64,000 nucleotides of DNA, taken from an uncultured bacterium. Its GTDB lineage: Bacteria > Patescibacteriota > Minisyncoccia > Phycocordibacterales > DATDWN01. Position numbers and translations under genes: made by a program. The notes below the pieces were generated by a model. It searched no databases and had not been told where the DNA came from. It saw only the letters and a list, made by a program, of their open reading frames with translations. Where the stretch lies: contig CAIOTC010000018.1 in assembly GCA_903861205.1 (NCBI GenBank), positions 11,800 through 75,799 of the forward strand, given 5' to 3'. Each line of letters begins with the position of its first letter. Within the stretch, counting starts at the first letter, position 1. Below are positions 1-10,236 of this stretch, in pieces.

Positions 1-111
1 AATAGGATTAATATTCAGGAAAAACTTGGAGAGTTTGTGAAGACTCAAAGCTTGGATGCCCTTATGAAGGCTTTGGATAAAGAAATGACTGCGGATATAA
101 AAAACAAGTAA
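1..111 (+). CDS. 3' end of an upstream gene of unknown function (partial CDS)
   Basis: Frame 1 is open from the window edge to a TAA at 109-111 (…KLGEFVKTQSLDALMKALDKEMTADIKNK*). I recognise no domain. Confidence 0.3.
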   Translation, partial: NRINIQEKLGEFVKTQSLDALMKALDKEMTADIKNK

Positions 112-123
112 TTTGCAAGAAAT

Positions 124-1464
124 ATGATTTTCAGCAAAGAAAACAAAGAATATTTTAGAAAAATCGCTCCCGAACAAGATTTTTGGGTAAATAAAAACAA
201 ATATTATCATCGGTATGTGGAATCGTTTATAAATTTTATTCTTCCTGCCGATAAGCGTGTTTTTAATGTAAGGTACAATACCGACACGTTTTCTGGTTTA
301 GGCAGTTATGACTACATCGTTTTTTCTGATATTTTGGGTCATGTTTCAGATGTAGAAAAAACTCTAATCTCCTCGTCCAATATTTTAGAGTCAGACGGTC
401 ATATAATTATTACGCAATATAATTCTCTTTGGGAACCAGTATTAAAAATTGCTTCCAAGTTAGGTTTCAGGAGACCCATGATCGAACAAAACTGGCTCTC
501 TCTAATTGATCTAAAAAATTTTGCGTATATTTCTGGGTTTGATGTTGTAAGATCTGGGACTAAAATGATAATGCCGAAATATATTCCTCTTCTCTCCTTT
601 TTTTTAAATAAATATATATCAAATATTTTTCCTTTTTCAAAACTGGGTATATTTCATTATCTTGTATTAAGAAAATGTCCGCCAACTGCCGTAGCAGTAG
701 AGGCAGCAAAACCATCTCTGTCAATTATAGTGCCAGCCAGAAATGAAGTAGACACTATTAGAAAAATAATCAAAGAGTTGCCGACAATTGGTTCTTTCAC
801 AGAGATAATTTTTGTTGAAGGAAATTCTACCGATGGTACGTTACAAGAAATTAAAAAAGTTACTTCTGAATACAACAGTATTGATAATAAAAAAAATTCA
901 TCTGTTGTTTCTAAAAATATAATAAAATATTTTGTTCAAGACGGTCGTGGTAAGGGGGATGCTGTGCGTAAAGGTTTTGAAGAGGCACAAGGAGATATAT
1001 TGATGATATATGATGCCGATATGACTGTGCCTGCCAACGAAATTTATAAGTTTTATGACTGTTTGATAAGTAAAAAAGGTGATTTTATAAATGGTTCACG
1101 GTTAGTTTATCCAATGGAGAAGGAGTCAATGAGATTTCTCAATATTTTAGGCAACAAATTTTTCTCTTTTGTTTTTAGCGCCATACTCGGCCAACCGATA
1201 AAAGACACACTTTGCGGTACCAAAGTCTTGTGGAAAAAAGATTATCAGGATATTAAAAGAAACAGATCGTTTTTTGGCGACTTTGATCTGTTTGGCGACT
1301 TTGATCTCTTGTTTGGTGCCGTTAAACTCAATTTGAAAATTGTGGATATGCCAATCCATTACAAAGAGAGAAAATATGGACAGACAAACATGAATCGCTT
1401 TAGGCATGGTTGGCTCTTACTTCAAATGACTTTTTTTGCGGCTAAAAAAATAAAATTTATATGA
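124..1464 (+). CDS. Bifunctional-looking protein with an N-terminal methyltransferase-like domain fused to a GT2 glycosyltransferase (DPM1/GtrB-like)
   Basis: Residues ~195-330 carry a GT2 core (LSIIVPARNE…TDGT…DGRGKGDAVRKG…ILMIYDADMTVP, a DxD-like DAD). The N-terminal ~180 aa resembles a degenerate class-I methyltransferase fold. An internal tandem repeat FGDFDLFGDFDL lies at 1270-1320. Confidence 0.65.
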   Translation: MIFSKENKEYFRKIAPEQDFWVNKNKYYHRYVESFINFILPADKRVFNVRYNTDTFSGLGSYDYIVFSDILGHVSDVEKTLISSSNILESDGHIIITQYNSLWEPVLKIASKLGFRRPMIEQNWLSLIDLKNFAYISGFDVVRSGTKMIMPKYIPLLSFFLNKYISNIFPFSKLGIFHYLVLRKCPPTAVAVEAAKPSLSIIVPARNEVDTIRKIIKELPTIGSFTEIIFVEGNSTDGTLQEIKKVTSEYNSIDNKKNSSVVSKNIIKYFVQDGRGKGDAVRKGFEEAQGDILMIYDADMTVPANEIYKFYDCLISKKGDFINGSRLVYPMEKESMRFLNILGNKFFSFVFSAILGQPIKDTLCGTKVLWKKDYQDIKRNRSFFGDFDLFGDFDLLFGAVKLNLKIVDMPIHYKERKYGQTNMNRFRHGWLLLQMTFFAAKKIKFI

Positions 1465-1473
1465 TATGAAATA

Positions 1474-2838
1474 ATGTATACTTTATATATGTTTAATATA
1501 AAAGAAAAAATACAAAGTTTGTCAAAATGGTTCAAGATTTTTTTGGGTGTTATAGCCATCATATATTTTGCAGTGTGGTGTTTTAGTATTCACTTATCTC
1601 TGGTTCAAAAGAACATGAATATTAAACCAATTTTGCCAGTTATGTCGAAAGATAGTCAGGAATATGCCAATTTGGCGCAATCTCTGAGGTCAGGCTCGGG
1701 TTTTATCCAAAATGGGAAAATAGAAACTCTCAGAGCTCCCGGCTATCCGATCTTTGTATCAATATTCTCATCCCTTGGCGGTTATTTTGTGGCGACATTT
1801 GTCCAGATTATTTTGGTTTTTTTATCAGCGCTTTTAATCAGGGAGATAGGCATAGTTTTTTCATCAAAGAGACTGGGGGAAATAGCTGGGATTATATTTC
1901 TTTTAAACCCGGTTGTTTTGACTCTTTCTGTAATTATTTTAACAGATATTCTTTTTCTGTTTCTTTTTTTGCTTGGTTTCTATTTAACGATATCATTGCC
2001 AAAAGATAGATTTGTTCAAAAGATTATTCTTGTATCTTTCATATATTCTTGCGCAATTTATGTCAGACCAATGGGAGTTTTTGCTCTGCCGATTTTTGTT
2101 GCTCCATTTTTATTTTCAGAACTTTCTTTGCGAGATAAAGTTAAATCAATCATTGCGATGATTTTTATTGTTTTATTGGCAATTTCACCGTGGGTTTTAC
2201 GAAATTATAAATTGACAGGTGTAGCCGATTTTACTTCTTTCAAAGCCATAAACTTGGGCTATTATGCCGCTCCAATGTTTTTAGCCAACAGAAACCACAG
2301 CGATGTTGTTGCGGAGAGAGCGATTATGGAAAAAGAAATAGGTGTTTCCCAAAATCTTTGGAGGGATCTGCGATATTCTCCGGCAGTTTCAGGTTTGGCC
2401 GAGAAGATTATACTAGAACATCCTTTTTCTTATATGGAATATCATATTATTACATCTTTAACTTTTCTTTTATCTTCTTCAGTAGAATATGCTATCAATA
2501 CTTATAAATCGGCTATCGGTATTTCCGTGGGATCTAATAAGGGAGCGATGTATTATTTAGTTTCGGGAAAGTGGAATTTATTTTTTCAAAGCATTACCGC
2601 TGTTTGGTGGAAAATTTTGGAAAAAATAATCTGGGTTTCAGTGTATATTATAGCTTTGTTTGGATTTTGGAAAGAAAGGAAAAAATCTTTGGTTTGGTTG
2701 TTTTTATTCATATCTTTTTACCTGATGATTTTGTCCGGTCCAGTAGCTAACATTCGCTATTCTATTCAAGCTCTTCCATTTATACTATTTTTGTTTGTTT
2801 CTGGAATTTTTGCTATTCAAAAAAAAATTTATGTATAA
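1474..2838 (+). CDS. GT-C fold integral-membrane glycosyltransferase (ArnT/PMT-like, GT39/GT83 family)
   Basis: More than 10 predicted TM helices. An N-terminal periplasmic loop motif RAPGYPIFVS is typical of undecaprenyl/dolichyl-phosphate-sugar-dependent GT-C enzymes. Its stop overlaps the next start (ATGTATAA). Confidence 0.55.
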   Translation: MYTLYMFNIKEKIQSLSKWFKIFLGVIAIIYFAVWCFSIHLSLVQKNMNIKPILPVMSKDSQEYANLAQSLRSGSGFIQNGKIETLRAPGYPIFVSIFSSLGGYFVATFVQIILVFLSALLIREIGIVFSSKRLGEIAGIIFLLNPVVLTLSVIILTDILFLFLFLLGFYLTISLPKDRFVQKIILVSFIYSCAIYVRPMGVFALPIFVAPFLFSELSLRDKVKSIIAMIFIVLLAISPWVLRNYKLTGVADFTSFKAINLGYYAAPMFLANRNHSDVVAERAIMEKEIGVSQNLWRDLRYSPAVSGLAEKIILEHPFSYMEYHIITSLTFLLSSSVEYAINTYKSAIGISVGSNKGAMYYLVSGKWNLFFQSITAVWWKILEKIIWVSVYIIALFGFWKERKKSLVWLFLFISFYLMILSGPVANIRYSIQALPFILFLFVSGIFAIQKKIYV

Positions 2839-3544
2839 ACAGAAAAAAGTTAGCGTTGTCATATCTACATTCAATGAAGAAAAAACTATTAGGGGTGTAA
2901 TAGATAATTTTTTTGCGACCGGTGTGGTTGATGAAGTTATTGCTATAGATAACAATGCGCTTGGAAACACGAAAATTGAAATAGAAAAAACAAAAGCCAA
3001 AAGAGTGGTGGAAACAAAACAGGGCTATGGACACGGTTACATGCGTGGACTTCTGGAAGCCACAGGGGATTTGATTGTCATGACCGAAGCAGACGGGACT
3101 TTTGAGCCGGAGGATATTCACAAATTTTTGATTTACAGCGATGATTTTCCGATCGTGTTTGGTACACGCACGTCGCGAGCGGCCATCTGGTCCGGAGCTT
3201 TCATGCCTTTTTCTGTGCGGTTTGCCAACTGGCTGTGGGCCAAAGCGGTAGAAGTTTTATATAACGGTCCGGTTTTGACGGACGTCGGGTGCACCTACAA
3301 ATTGCTCGATAGACGATCTCTCGAGCACATAAAAAAATATTTTCATTTGTCGAAAGGCGACGGCACATTTTCGCCGGAGTTGATGATTTGGCTTTTGAGC
3401 AAAGAAAAAAGAATTATCGAAATTCCCGTCATGTATAAACCGCGCATCGGCAGATCCGGCTACACCGGAAGTGTCTGGAAAGCGGCACGGCTTGGTTTCA
3501 AAATGTTGCCGGTAATAATAAAATACAAGTTTAAAAAAATATGA
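2831..3544 (+). CDS. GT2 polyprenyl-phosphate sugar synthase (DPM1/GtrB-like)
   Basis: KVSVVISTFNEE…AIDNNALGNT…GYGHGYMRGL…TEADGTF is a classic GT2 N-terminal fold with a DAD/EAD motif. The start ATG at 2831 overlaps the upstream stop, and the ORF-track start at 2795 is probably an over-extension. It is paired with the upstream GT-C enzyme, the usual donor-synthase/transferase arrangement. Confidence 0.7.
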   Translation: MYKQKKVSVVISTFNEEKTIRGVIDNFFATGVVDEVIAIDNNALGNTKIEIEKTKAKRVVETKQGYGHGYMRGLLEATGDLIVMTEADGTFEPEDIHKFLIYSDDFPIVFGTRTSRAAIWSGAFMPFSVRFANWLWAKAVEVLYNGPVLTDVGCTYKLLDRRSLEHIKKYFHLSKGDGTFSPELMIWLLSKEKRIIEIPVMYKPRIGRSGYTGSVWKAARLGFKMLPVIIKYKFKKI

Positions 3545-4194
3545 CTCAAGACACATATTATGCTACCAGGTATGTTTTTGATTCGAACAGAACTGTTGTC
3601 TGGAAAGAGATCGTCAAATTTTTACAAAAGTATGTTCAGGCCGGCGAAACAGTTTTGGACTTGGGTGCCGGATATTGTGATTTTATTAATAACATTGAAG
3701 CGGAAAAAAAATACGCCGTTGATGTTTCTCCGGAATTGGAAAAATATGCTGGTGAAAATGTTAAAAAAATAAATTCTCCGGCTTGGGATTTGTCGCTTGT
3801 CCAAGATGGTTCGGTCGATGTTGTTTTTGCCAGCAACTTGCTCGAGCATTTGGCGGACGACGAATTGCAGAAAACGATGAAAGAAATAACTCGTGTTTTG
3901 AAACCAAAAGGCAAACTTATTTTAATGCAACCGAATTATCGCTTGTCGAAAAAACATTATTTTGACGATCCTACTCACAAGAAAATTTTCGATGACATTT
4001 CTTTGCGGGATTTTCTTTTATTGCATGGTTTTAAAATATTGCTGAAGATGCCTCGCTTTTTACCTCTCTCTATGCGTTCAAATTCTTCGCTTGTTCCGAA
4101 CTTTCTTCTGCCAATTATTGTTCGCTTTTATATTCATTCACCCATAAAACCTTTCGCCGGCCAAATGCTTTTTGTGACGGAAATTAAAAAATAG
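3541..4194 (+). CDS. Class I SAM-dependent methyltransferase (Methyltransf_11/25-like)
   Basis: It has a glycine-rich motif I (VLDLGAGYCDF), an acidic motif II (DVVFASNLLEHL) and a post-II motif (VLKPKGKLIL). Confidence 0.7.
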   Translation: MTQDTYYATRYVFDSNRTVVWKEIVKFLQKYVQAGETVLDLGAGYCDFINNIEAEKKYAVDVSPELEKYAGENVKKINSPAWDLSLVQDGSVDVVFASNLLEHLADDELQKTMKEITRVLKPKGKLILMQPNYRLSKKHYFDDPTHKKIFDDISLRDFLLLHGFKILLKMPRFLPLSMRSNSSLVPNFLLPIIVRFYIHSPIKPFAGQMLFVTEIKK

Positions 4195-4199
4195 AAAAA

Positions 4200-4225
4200 G
4201 ACTCGTCCGTTTGCACGAACGAGTC
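4200..4225. terminator. Bidirectional hairpin between two convergent genes
   Basis: The sequence gactcgtccgtttgcacgaacgagtc forms an inverted repeat between the converging genes at 3541-4194 (+) and 4230-4817 (-). Confidence 0.4.
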
Positions 4226-4229
4226 CTGG

Positions 4230-4817
4230 TTACTTGGCGACCGGCTGGTGAATTTTTGTCGCCCATCGAGCCATGTATTCCGGTCCTCGCCAGGCGAGAT
4301 ACCAGAAAAACGGAGTTGGCGCGGCTTGGAACAGGAGTGCTGTCCAGGCGTGTCGGTATGACCTCATTGGGCTTTCCCAGTCAATTGTAAGTCCCAAAGG
4401 CACTGAGCAAATCCGGATGTCGGATTGTGGAAAGAACGTCCGCCAGACGATTCGACACCGTCTGGAATGGGCTTCGTCCGTGACAACTATGATGGTTGTG
4501 GGAATGAACGAAAGAGAGTTTTTGATTTTGACGCACTCTTCAATCGTTGTCATTACATTACCAACATACCCTGATCTGGGCAGCTTTTCTTTCAGGTAAA
4601 GTTCTGCCGCTGGATTTGGGGAAGCTGTGAAAGTTCCAAACCGACAAATTGCTAATGGATATTTCCCCAATAATCTGCGGGTTTGGTTTGTTGCGGCGTA
4701 TGCGCTAAGCGTAGGATGTGTTTTGGTCGCTCCGTGAGCAACAGGAACAACTAAATCTGCTTCAGCGGGCAAATTGTCATTGACTGCCCACAACTTCGCT
4801 AGCCATTTAATGGGCAT
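4230..4817 (-). CDS. DUF218 (YdcF/ElyC/SanA-like) family protein
   Basis: IIVVTDEAHSRRCRIVW matches the conserved DUF218 core (vvVTs.yHm.Ra). Local GC is higher than in the flanking genes. Confidence 0.55.
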   Translation of the reverse strand: MPIKWLAKLWAVNDNLPAEADLVVPVAHGATKTHPTLSAYAATNQTRRLLGKYPLAICRFGTFTASPNPAAELYLKEKLPRSGYVGNVMTTIEECVKIKNSLSFIPTTIIVVTDEAHSRRCRIVWRTFFPQSDIRICSVPLGLTIDWESPMRSYRHAWTALLFQAAPTPFFWYLAWRGPEYMARWATKIHQPVAK

Positions 4818-4904
4818 TAGACACCTCTCTTTCTATTATGTCATAAGCAGCTGGAAAAAGCAAGTCTATTTAAAATGTGCCTATTTTGCTAATATTTTAA
4901 ACAC

Positions 4905-6593
4905 ATGATTCAAAACAGCATCAAATGGTCTCAAAAGCATGAATGGTTTATCGTTTTGGTTTTGCTTTTGACTTTCATCCTTATACGTTTGCCCGGAGTG
5001 AATTCTCCGCTTCATCAGGACGAATACAAATGGCCGGTTATCGTAAATCCGGCCACTGCAAATGGTGTGGAAATTCCTCATCCACCGATCGGAGAATTTA
5101 TTTACCGGACAGCCGGAGAAATTATCGGATTCAATGTTCACTTTCGCTTCGTCCCACTTTTTTTTGGTGCGATCAATTTGCTTATGCTGTACTATTTTCT
5201 GCGAATGAATTTTGGCAGACTCGTAGCAATAATCGGCGCGACGCTTTTTACCTTGTCGTATTTTTCCATTCTGGCTTCGCTGATGGTTGATACTGACGGA
5301 CAGATAATTCCTTTCTTTTTTCTATTAGCTTTGATTGGTTACGGAAAATCTCAAATTTCATCCGGCAAAAAAAGAATATCTTGGCTCGTGCTTTTGGCAG
5401 TGGCATCAATCCTGGGTTTTTTTGTCAAAGTCAGTTTTGCTCTGGTTATTTGCGCTATTACTGCGGATTGGCTATGGGGTAAAAAATCACAAATGACCAA
5501 AAAAGATGTTTTGGAATATTTAGGGTATGGTTTTGGTGGGATTCTAATTTTAATCATTCTTCTTTTTCTTTCTCAATATGTTTTTAATTTTTTTAATTTA
5601 TCCAAAGCGCTTGCTTACTGGGAACATTTCGCCAATTTAAACAGAAATTGGTTTCAGACGGGCATACAGGTGGTTAAAGCAATTTTATATACCTCGCCAT
5701 TTATCTTGTTTGTTCCATTTTTCTTGTCTAAAGAAGATATAAAAAAAATCAGACCATTCCTACTATATATTATTTTTGGAATGATTTTTTATACGATTCT
5801 TTTTGACTTTTCCATTGGTGCACTTGATAGGTATTTGCAGTTTTTAATTATTCCACTTTGTGCGATATCGGCAGTAGTGATTGTGTCCGTGATGCAATCG
5901 GGTGATAATAAGAGAAATAGAGAATATATTTTTCTTGGTACAATTTTTGCTTTGATTTTATTTATGACAGTTTTTGTTCCTCATTTTGTACCATCACTTC
6001 AACCAAAATCAGCCTGGATTTCTCGGGCATTAAGTTTGAAATGGAATTTTCTTTATCCGTTTTTCGGCGGTTCTGGACCTCTTGGATTTTATGTTTCTTT
6101 TTTGTTCATGGCTTTATCGTGGATTGTATCTGTTATTTTAATTGCAATCGGACTTATAAAACCACATTTGAGAAAAATGGTTATTCTTATTTTAATACCA
6201 ATCGGTTTGGCTTATAACCTGACATTTACCGAGGAATATCTCTTTGGTAAAATAAATGGATCAGCTCCAAAACTTTTGAATGGAGCTGTAGAATTTATTA
6301 AAAATGACCAAGTTATAAAATCTGTCATAGTTTACAATGATAATGGTGGAAATGAAATTCAAAATATTGGCAAATATAAAAGACGTTTGTATCTTGATCC
6401 AATGTTTTTTGGACAGATAGATTATATGAATCAAAATAAAGGATTTTATTTTGTTTTGGATGTTCCTCGAATTGATCCGGAAAGTCTCTATGTTAAATAT
6501 TTCAATTCTTGTAAGATAGTGTATAAAGAGATAGATAAAAAAATGTCGGCAACGATTTACGATTGTAAAAATGTGCCGGATGTAAAAAGTTAA
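4905..6593 (+). CDS. Polytopic membrane protein, probably a GT-C glycosyltransferase (ArnT/PMT-like) with a C-terminal soluble domain
   Basis: It has ~12 TM helices, an early periplasmic loop containing HQDEYKW and a PPIGEF motif. This is the same architecture as the protein at 1474-2838. Confidence 0.45.
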   Translation: MIQNSIKWSQKHEWFIVLVLLLTFILIRLPGVNSPLHQDEYKWPVIVNPATANGVEIPHPPIGEFIYRTAGEIIGFNVHFRFVPLFFGAINLLMLYYFLRMNFGRLVAIIGATLFTLSYFSILASLMVDTDGQIIPFFFLLALIGYGKSQISSGKKRISWLVLLAVASILGFFVKVSFALVICAITADWLWGKKSQMTKKDVLEYLGYGFGGILILIILLFLSQYVFNFFNLSKALAYWEHFANLNRNWFQTGIQVVKAILYTSPFILFVPFFLSKEDIKKIRPFLLYIIFGMIFYTILFDFSIGALDRYLQFLIIPLCAISAVVIVSVMQSGDNKRNREYIFLGTIFALILFMTVFVPHFVPSLQPKSAWISRALSLKWNFLYPFFGGSGPLGFYVSFLFMALSWIVSVILIAIGLIKPHLRKMVILILIPIGLAYNLTFTEEYLFGKINGSAPKLLNGAVEFIKNDQVIKSVIVYNDNGGNEIQNIGKYKRRLYLDPMFFGQIDYMNQNKGFYFVLDVPRIDPESLYVKYFNSCKIVYKEIDKKMSATIYDCKNVPDVKS

Positions 6594-6594
6594 A

Positions 6595-7185
6595 ATGAAA
6601 TACAAACAATTTATAGATCAAAAAATCAGAGACATAAGCAAGGGGAAAGTGATATTGGATGTTGGCGGGGGAGATCCTTTTACCAAATGGTTAGCTTCAT
6701 ATAAAAATTTTTTTGCTGATTGTGATTATCGCACTATGGATTATGACATCTCAACAGGGGCTGACGTTATAGGAGACATTCATAAAATTCCTTTAGCTGA
6801 TAATAGTGTGGATGGAATAATATGCAGTTCGGTATTGGAGCATGTCAGTAATCCTATTCTGGCCACGCAAGAAATAAAAAGGATACTAAAACCAAACGGT
6901 AAACTGTTTGTTTATGTTCCTTCCATTTATCCATATCACGCCAAAAAAGGGCATTATCCCGATATGTGGAGATTTTTTGATGATTCTATCGATATGCTTT
7001 TCCAAGATTTTTCTTCTGTTGAAATATGTAAATTCGGTGGATATTTTAGAGCCATGTTCTTTTTTGTGCCGATGCAACATAAATTACAGTTTATTTTAAA
7101 ACCACTGTCAGGTTTTTTAGATAATCTTTTTAAGACTGAAAAAAGGAGTACTACTGCCGGATATTATATTTATGCTATTAAATAA
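6595..7185 (+). CDS. Class I SAM-dependent methyltransferase (type 11)
   Basis: Motifs ILDVGGGDPF, VDGIICSSVLEHV and ILKPNGKLFVYVP are present. Confidence 0.7.
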   Translation: MKYKQFIDQKIRDISKGKVILDVGGGDPFTKWLASYKNFFADCDYRTMDYDISTGADVIGDIHKIPLADNSVDGIICSSVLEHVSNPILATQEIKRILKPNGKLFVYVPSIYPYHAKKGHYPDMWRFFDDSIDMLFQDFSSVEICKFGGYFRAMFFFVPMQHKLQFILKPLSGFLDNLFKTEKRSTTAGYYIYAIK

Positions 7186-7186
7186 A

Positions 7187-8251
7187 ATGAAAAGAATATT
7201 AATTATAATTAATAATTTTGGTGTAGGTGGGGCCGAAAGACTCATTATAGATGACGCCAATGAATTGTTAAAAAGAAGTGATGTTGATTTTAAAATCATT
7301 ACTTTAAAAAATGAGGGTAAAGATTCTCTCGCTGAACAATTAAATAAAAATGTAAAATGGGAATGTGTGCATTTTAATGATTTTTTTGATATTAAATCTT
7401 GGTTTTTGTTGTGTAGACAAATTAAAAATTTTGATTCGGATATTTTATTTACACACTTATGGTTTTCAAATACAATAGGAAGAATATCGGGTAAATTGGT
7501 CGGCGTCTCCGAAATCATCTCTTTTGAGCATAATGTTTATGATAGTTTAAAAACGAGGAAAATGTTTTTTGTTGATTGGGTTTTGCAATTATTATCTAAT
7601 AAAATTATCGCTGTTTCTAATGCTGTGAAAAAATCATTAGTAAAACATAAAATAAGAGAAAATAAAATAAAAGTTATTTTAAACGGCATTGATGTTTCAA
7701 GATATCAAAATTTGAATATTACTGTCTTAGATGGTGAACAAAAAAAAGATTTCACTTTTGTTTATATTGGTCGTTTAATCTACCAAAAAGGAGTGGACAT
7801 TTTGCTTAGAGCTTTTGCTTCTGTAAAAAATGGAAAGTTGCTTGTCGTGGGTGATGGAGTTGAAAGAGATAGTCTGGTTAAATTATCCAAAGAATTAAAA
7901 ATAACAGACAGAGTAAAATTTTTAGGCATAAGAAAAGACATTCCGGAAATATTATCTTACGCGGATTGCTTTATTTTGCCTTCCAGATACGAGGGCCTTC
8001 CCATGGTCTTATTAGAAGCTGTTGCATCTCATAAAATAATAATTATTTCTGATTTTGAATCGGCAACGGAAGTTATTAATAATGGAGAGAATGGTTTAAT
8101 TGTCATTAAAAATAATGTGGTACAGTTAGCGTCTTCCGCTTCTTTAATCTTAGAAGATGGTGAACTTCGTGATAAACTTCGAATCGGTGTTTTTAATATT
8201 TCTAAATGTATATCAATAGAAAATCATATAAATCGCGTTCTATCACTGTAA
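7187..8251 (+). CDS. GT4 (GT-B fold) glycosyltransferase
   Basis: The N-terminus reads MKRILIIINNFGVGGAERL. The C-terminal half has the EX7E-like region YEGLPMVLLEAVASHKIIIISD. Confidence 0.7.
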   Translation: MKRILIIINNFGVGGAERLIIDDANELLKRSDVDFKIITLKNEGKDSLAEQLNKNVKWECVHFNDFFDIKSWFLLCRQIKNFDSDILFTHLWFSNTIGRISGKLVGVSEIISFEHNVYDSLKTRKMFFVDWVLQLLSNKIIAVSNAVKKSLVKHKIRENKIKVILNGIDVSRYQNLNITVLDGEQKKDFTFVYIGRLIYQKGVDILLRAFASVKNGKLLVVGDGVERDSLVKLSKELKITDRVKFLGIRKDIPEILSYADCFILPSRYEGLPMVLLEAVASHKIIIISDFESATEVINNGENGLIVIKNNVVQLASSASLILEDGELRDKLRIGVFNISKCISIENHINRVLSL

Positions 8252-8254
8252 TTT

Positions 8255-9079
8255 ATGAAAAAATTATCAGAAAAAAATTATTGGGATTCCATATATAAAA
8301 ATATAATAAAAAATGACCAAACAAGAGGTCTGTCATATTTTATTAAATTTAAAGGTTTTATTAAGCATATAAGCAGAGATTATAGCAATCACGTTTTATC
8401 AGAGTTATATTTAAAATATCTTCCAAAATCTCCAGATTTGAAAATAATTGAAATAGGTTGTGCTCCTGGTAAATATCTGATAAATTTTCACAAACAATTT
8501 GGTTACATGCCGTACGGGGTGGAATATTCAGAAGAAGGTTGCTCAATTACAAAGAACAATTTTTTAAAAGCAGGCATAAATCCAGAAAATATTATAAAAG
8601 CAGACTTTTTTGATGATAGCTTCCAGTTACAAAATCAAAAAAAATACGATCTGGTTTTTTCGAGAGGTTTTATAGAACATTTTGATGATGTAGATAAAGT
8701 AATTGATAATCATATAAAACTTTTGAAAGATGGGGGATATTTGATCGTGTCCATTCCAAACATAAGAGGAATAAATTATTCGATATTAAAACTATCAAAT
8801 CGTAATTCACTTATTACTCACAATTTTTCAATTATGGATAAAAAAGTTTTTCGTAAACTATTTGAAAATAGAGACCTAAATTTTATTTATTGTAATTATA
8901 TAGGAACTTTTAGTTTTGGTTTATTTAATACAAATAAAAAATGGAAGTATTATTTATGGAGAATTTCACTTATAATACAAAGACCATTTGATTTTATTTT
9001 GAGGGTGGTTTTTGGTGGTTATCATATAAAAAATAAATACACAAGTCCGTACTTGATTTTCATCGGCAGAAAAAAGTAA
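8255..9079 (+). CDS. SAM-dependent methyltransferase (class I, Methyltransf_12/23-like)
   Basis: Motifs IIEIGCAPGKYL, YDLVFSRGFIEHF and LLKDGGYLIVSIPN are present. Confidence 0.55.
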   Translation: MKKLSEKNYWDSIYKNIIKNDQTRGLSYFIKFKGFIKHISRDYSNHVLSELYLKYLPKSPDLKIIEIGCAPGKYLINFHKQFGYMPYGVEYSEEGCSITKNNFLKAGINPENIIKADFFDDSFQLQNQKKYDLVFSRGFIEHFDDVDKVIDNHIKLLKDGGYLIVSIPNIRGINYSILKLSNRNSLITHNFSIMDKKVFRKLFENRDLNFIYCNYIGTFSFGLFNTNKKWKYYLWRISLIIQRPFDFILRVVFGGYHIKNKYTSPYLIFIGRKK

Positions 9080-9099
9080 CATTATTTTTTAGTAAAAAT

Positions 9100-10236
9100 A
9101 TGCAACTCATCCATTTAACAGCCAAAAGATTTAAAAATTTAACTGCTGACAGCATTTATGTTTCAAATTTGACGAGACAGTTTAATAAATCCTTGCCAAA
9201 TGATTACATGTTAATTGTTGGAAATAAATTGAAAGAACAATTTATTGGAGTTAATGTAATTGATTTACACATTAGTTCTTGGGGTAATGGACTATTATAC
9301 TTTTGGCTTCCATATCTTTTTTATTTTTTTTGGCTTCCATATTTTATATTGAAGAAAAAAATCAATAATTCAGAAAAAATATTTTTTTCCAGCGATGCTA
9401 ATTTATTGGTTTTTATTATTTGGTGGAGGAAAATTTTTCGATTCAAATTTAAAATTTGTTCAGATTGGCATATGATGCACAATAATTTTAAAGACAACTA
9501 TATTGCAAAAAATTCAGAGTACATAATAACCACTTCAGAGAAATTGAAAAAGAACATGGTTAATAAATTAGGAATAAGTCCAACTAAAATTCAGGTTGTC
9601 TACGGCGGAGTGGATTTGAGTGTGTTTGAAAATGATTCAAGACCAGAAGCTTCCTTGCGGAAAGATTTGGGTTTGCCGGAATCTGACATTTTGGTCGGAT
9701 ATGTCGGTTTTTATAAAACTATGGGTATGAGCAAGGGAATAGAGACAATGATCGATGCCCTGCGTTTTATAAGTGATGAAAACATAAAAATGGTCTTTGT
9801 CGGGGGTAGAGGTAGGGAGATAGAGGAATATGGAGATTTTACCTTAAAATTAGGCTTGTCTACTAACAGGACTATCTTTGTCCCAGCCGTGTCCAGTGAG
9901 GCCACAATGGCTTATGAGAGGGCTATGGACATACTTGTGATACCTTACCCCAATAAGCCTCATTTCCGCGATTTTGGCTTTCCCATGAAGGTTTACGAGT
10001 ATATGGCAAGCAGGAGGCCGGTCATATATTCAAAGCTAGACTTAGTTGAAGAAGTAATAGGTGATTGCGCACTCGGTTTTGAGGCTGACAATGCGAAAGA
10101 TTTAGCTCAAAAGATTGTTGAATTAGAAACAAATACGACACTTTCTGCCGATTTGGCGAACAGGGCTTATGAAAAAGTTGAGGAATATAGCTGGCAAAAA
10201 AAGGCAGAAAATATTTTGGAATTCATTAAAAAATAG
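9100..10236 (+). CDS. GT4 (GT-B) glycosyltransferase
   Basis: GYVGFYKTMGMSKGIETMIDA…FVGGRGRE…KVYEYMASRRPVIYSK is the typical GT4 C-terminal domain. Confidence 0.65.
   Translation: MQLIHLTAKRFKNLTADSIYVSNLTRQFNKSLPNDYMLIVGNKLKEQFIGVNVIDLHISSWGNGLLYFWLPYLFYFFWLPYFILKKKINNSEKIFFSSDANLLVFIIWWRKIFRFKFKICSDWHMMHNNFKDNYIAKNSEYIITTSEKLKKNMVNKLGISPTKIQVVYGGVDLSVFENDSRPEASLRKDLGLPESDILVGYVGFYKTMGMSKGIETMIDALRFISDENIKMVFVGGRGREIEEYGDFTLKLGLSTNRTIFVPAVSSEATMAYERAMDILVIPYPNKPHFRDFGFPMKVYEYMASRRPVIYSKLDLVEEVIGDCALGFEADNAKDLAQKIVELETNTTLSADLANRAYEKVEEYSWQKKAENILEFIKK

Noticed and set aside
4273-4599. 108-aa plus-strand ORF antisense to the DUF218 gene
   Set aside because: It is a shadow ORF within a better-supported gene on the opposite strand.
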